Source: Gemmatimonadales bacterium
Lineage (GTDB): Bacteria; Gemmatimonadota; Gemmatimonadetes; Gemmatimonadales; GWC2-71-9
DNA: 64,000 nucleotides
Reading direction: 5' to 3'
NCBI GenBank assembly: GCA_035602245.1
Contig: DATNMO010000029.1
Location: 3,965 to 67,964 of the forward strand
In this document: positions 62,292-64,000 of the stretch, one piece after another
How positions within the stretch are numbered: position 1 is the stretch's first letter
Layout of the letters: each line of letters begins with the position of its first letter
The notes under the pieces: generated by a model
Databases searched by the model: none
What the model was told of the DNA's origin: nothing
The model's input: the letters and a program-made list of their open reading frames with translations, nothing else
Program-made: the position numbers and the translations under genes

Positions 62292-63119
62292 CTACGGCAC
62301 GACCAGCTGCACAGAGTCGCGCACCGTCGGCGCCTTCAACACGACAGCCGGGTCGAGGTCCTCGCGCTCGGCGGCGACCTCGTAGCGGAGCCAGTAGCGA
62401 CCGCGGGGCAGCCGGCCGACGACGACGGCGATGCGTGGCTCCATCGTGAAGTACACGCCGAGGGGCGAGGTGAACGATGCTCGGACCGCGCGGGTCGAGT
62501 CCACGAGCGTGCCGCGCACGACGCCCACGAACGCGGCATTGCCGCGGCGTTCGAGCCGGCCCCACGTGAAGAGTGTGTCGCCCTTGAGCTGCGCGCGCAC
62601 GTTCGACAACGCGACGCCGGTGCTCACGGCCCCCTTCCGATACGCCACGCCGATCACGGTGCGCACTTCGAGGGTGAGTCCCACTTGAATGCCGGAGCTG
62701 TCCGGTATGCCGGTGACGGGCACCTGACCGCCTTTCGCGGCGATGACGAGCCGGAGCCAGTACTCGCCGTCGGCGAGAGCCGCGGGGGGCCGGCCGAGCA
62801 GGCGCACGGTCTGCCGCTCCAGCGGCGCCACCGTGAGCCGCCGCGGAAACGCCTGCACCCAGGCCAGGGCCGAGGGCTGCGTGGAGTCTGGGGCCTCGAC
62901 GGTCCGGAGCATGATCGTGCCGGTCGAATCGGTCACGGGGTATCCGAAGAACGTGGAGATCGTGACCTCCACGGGCTCGGTCCCCGGATTGTAGAGCAGC
63001 ACGGAGCCCGAGCGAACGCGGTGATCGATGTAGACGGCGTGCGGCGCTACCATGACCCCTTGGGCGTCCAGCGACGTGGCGAACAGCCCCACGGCGACGA
63101 GCCACGAAGCGTGTTTCAC
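62292..63119 (-). CDS. PapD-like periplasmic pilus chaperone
   Basis: A signal peptide is followed by VMVAPHAVYIDHRVRSGSVLLYNPGTEPVEVTIS, a typical chaperone N-domain pattern. The protein has two Ig-like halves. There is a GTGA overlap with the upstream subunit gene. Confidence 0.6.
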   Translation of the reverse strand: MKHASWLVAVGLFATSLDAQGVMVAPHAVYIDHRVRSGSVLLYNPGTEPVEVTISTFFGYPVTDSTGTIMLRTVEAPDSTQPSALAWVQAFPRRLTVAPLERQTVRLLGRPPAALADGEYWLRLVIAAKGGQVPVTGIPDSSGIQVGLTLEVRTVIGVAYRKGAVSTGVALSNVRAQLKGDTLFTWGRLERRGNAAFVGVVRGTLVDSTRAVRASFTSPLGVYFTMEPRIAVVVGRLPRGRYWLRYEVAAEREDLDPAVVLKAPTVRDSVQLVVP

Positions 63120-63592
63120 TGAAGCACCGTGACGGTGAGGGTAATGGTTCCGGCGTACGCCCCCGCCCGTTGATTCGTCGCCGGGTTCGCGCGGCCGCCC
63201 AAGAACACGGAGCAGCGGCCGTTGTTCGGGAGTGCCTGGTTGAACGGGGTCCTCGGATCGAAGGCCACCTGGCCGTTGATGTTCTGCGTCGCGGAAAAGC
63301 CGGCGTCTGCCGCGCCGAACACCAACGGCATCTGCGCGCCGGCTGGTCCGATCATCGCCGCCGGAAGTGTAAACGTCATCCGGATCTGATTCCCCTGCTG
63401 GTCGGAAAAGATGTTAAACCGCCCGGCATTCGCCGGGTCCGTGCGGCTGATCACACTCGACACGCCCGGCAACACGGTGCCGAATGTGAGATTGTGCGCT
63501 CCGGTCACGGTGAGCACCTGGCCGTGCCCCACGGAGGGAGTCAACGCGCACAGCAAGGTCATACCGATCACCAGCCAGCCGCATCGCGTCAT
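63116..63592 (-). CDS. Secreted DUF4402 / spore-coat-U-like pilus subunit candidate
   Basis: The signal peptide is LVIGMTLLCALTPSVGHGQ. The sequence contains LTFGTVLPG, NAGRFNI, MTFTLP and the C-terminal AGAYAGTITLTVTVLQ. Confidence 0.6.
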   Translation of the reverse strand: MTRCGWLVIGMTLLCALTPSVGHGQVLTVTGAHNLTFGTVLPGVSSVISRTDPANAGRFNIFSDQQGNQIRMTFTLPAAMIGPAGAQMPLVFGAADAGFSATQNINGQVAFDPRTPFNQALPNNGRCSVFLGGRANPATNQRAGAYAGTITLTVTVLQ

Positions 63593-63619
63593 GGTCTTTA
63601 TCAGTCTCCCCTTGCGATA

Positions 63620-63654
63620 CGCGCCGGCAGAGGAAGGTTCACCCTCTGCCGGCG
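63620..63654 (-). promoter_or_regulatory. Perfect 13-bp GC-rich hairpin between the two subunit genes
   Basis: The hairpin is GCGCCGGCAGAGG - aaggttcac - CCTCTGCCGGCGC. No T-tract follows on the minus strand. It lies 30 nt after the stop of the first subunit gene and about 28 nt before the ATG of the second. Confidence 0.7.
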
Positions 63655-63683
63655 CGTCATCGACTCGACTCCCGACCCCGTGG

Positions 63684-64000
63684 TTAGTAGATCACCGTCA
63701 GGGTGATGGAACCGCTGTAGGCACCGGCCGCCTGGTTCGTCGCCGGCTGCACCTGCGCGCCGATCCACACATACAGCTGGCCTGTCCCGCTCAAACTGGT
63801 CGTGGAGCTCGCCGACGGCGCGAAGGCAACGCCGCCCGCCTGCGAGACCAACAGCGCGTGAATGCCCGTGAAGCTGGTAATGGGCATCGTATTGCCGCCG
63901 GACGACAACGTCGCCGGCAGGGTGAAGGATAGCGTCACCGGGGTGCTCGCCTGGCCTGCCACGTCAAAGCGACCGGCGTTGGTGAGGTCGGTCGCGGCGA
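63684..64000 (-). CDS. Second DUF4402 / spore-coat-U-like subunit paralogue; 5' end lies outside the window
   Basis: The frame stays open to base 64000 (…TDLTNAGRFDVAGQASTPVTLSFTLP…), parallel to NAGRFNI…MTFTLP in the neighbouring gene. The C-terminus is AGAYSGSITLTVIY. The M in the track at 63962 is an internal GTG. Confidence 0.6.
   Translation of the reverse strand, partial: AATDLTNAGRFDVAGQASTPVTLSFTLPATLSSGGNTMPITSFTGIHALLVSQAGGVAFAPSASSTTSLSGTGQLYVWIGAQVQPATNQAAGAYSGSITLTVIY

Noticed and set aside
1-64000. Mobile elements, CRISPR arrays, tRNA/rRNA genes, prophage or defence islands
   Set aside because: I read all intergenic gaps and found none with tRNA-like cloverleaf potential or spaced direct repeats. 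No translation showed transposase, integrase, Cas, restriction or toxin-antitoxin hallmarks. The gaps are mostly under 120 bp; the two largest are about 200 bp (3728..3932 and 40300..40496). This is a by-eye check and not a substitute for tRNAscan, Infernal or defence-system HMM searches.

Overview
The window is a densely coded, high-GC chromosomal segment (roughly two-thirds G+C by eye, not computed). I call about 57 CDS. I saw no rRNA, tRNA, CRISPR array, transposase or integrase. All calls rest on reading the six-frame translations for motifs I recognise, on signal peptides, and on stop/start coupling (ATGA/GTGA overlaps); no alignments were run. Many long ORFs in the track are antisense or alternate-frame artefacts of the high GC content and were discarded. 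The protein repertoire suggests a Gram-negative soil lineage such as Gemmatimonadota, but this is a weak inference.

Main content, left to right:
- a partial anion-binding protein and a ModE-like regulator;
- an M6 metalloprotease with a coupled lipoprotein;
- a four-gene spt / GNAT / SDR / PAP2 cluster that looks like a bacterial ceramide and phosphosphingolipid pathway;
- a secreted protein with PHM/DBH-like copper-ligand spacing;
- a Ser/Thr kinase coupled to a SARP-ATPase regulator;
- two cupredoxins;
- a tandem-duplicated beta-barrel OMP;
- a rhodanese-MBL fusion;
- a VIT-vWA protein with an ECF sigma / anti-sigma pair;
- XdhC;
- a complete alternative complex III operon (actABCDEF) followed by a cupredoxin;
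- a six-gene amidohydrolase / DapA-like / FAD oxidase / racemase operon;
- a rearranged PQQ locus: pqqB, histidine kinase, NtrC-type activator, sigma-54 promoter, an untracked 24-codon pqqA, pqqCDE, then a translationally coupled ABC-2 exporter;
- carbohydrate genes (heparinase II/III-like, GHMP kinase, GH38, PGI);
- a Dpp-like binding protein and permeases with no ATPase;
- a hybrid histidine kinase;
- a chaperone-usher-like locus with two DUF4402/SCPU-like subunit genes running off the right edge.

The best candidates for something new are the sigma-54/two-component-controlled split pqq locus with its coupled exporter, the sphingolipid cluster with a PAP2 head-group enzyme, the PHM-like copper protein, and the atypical chaperone-usher system.
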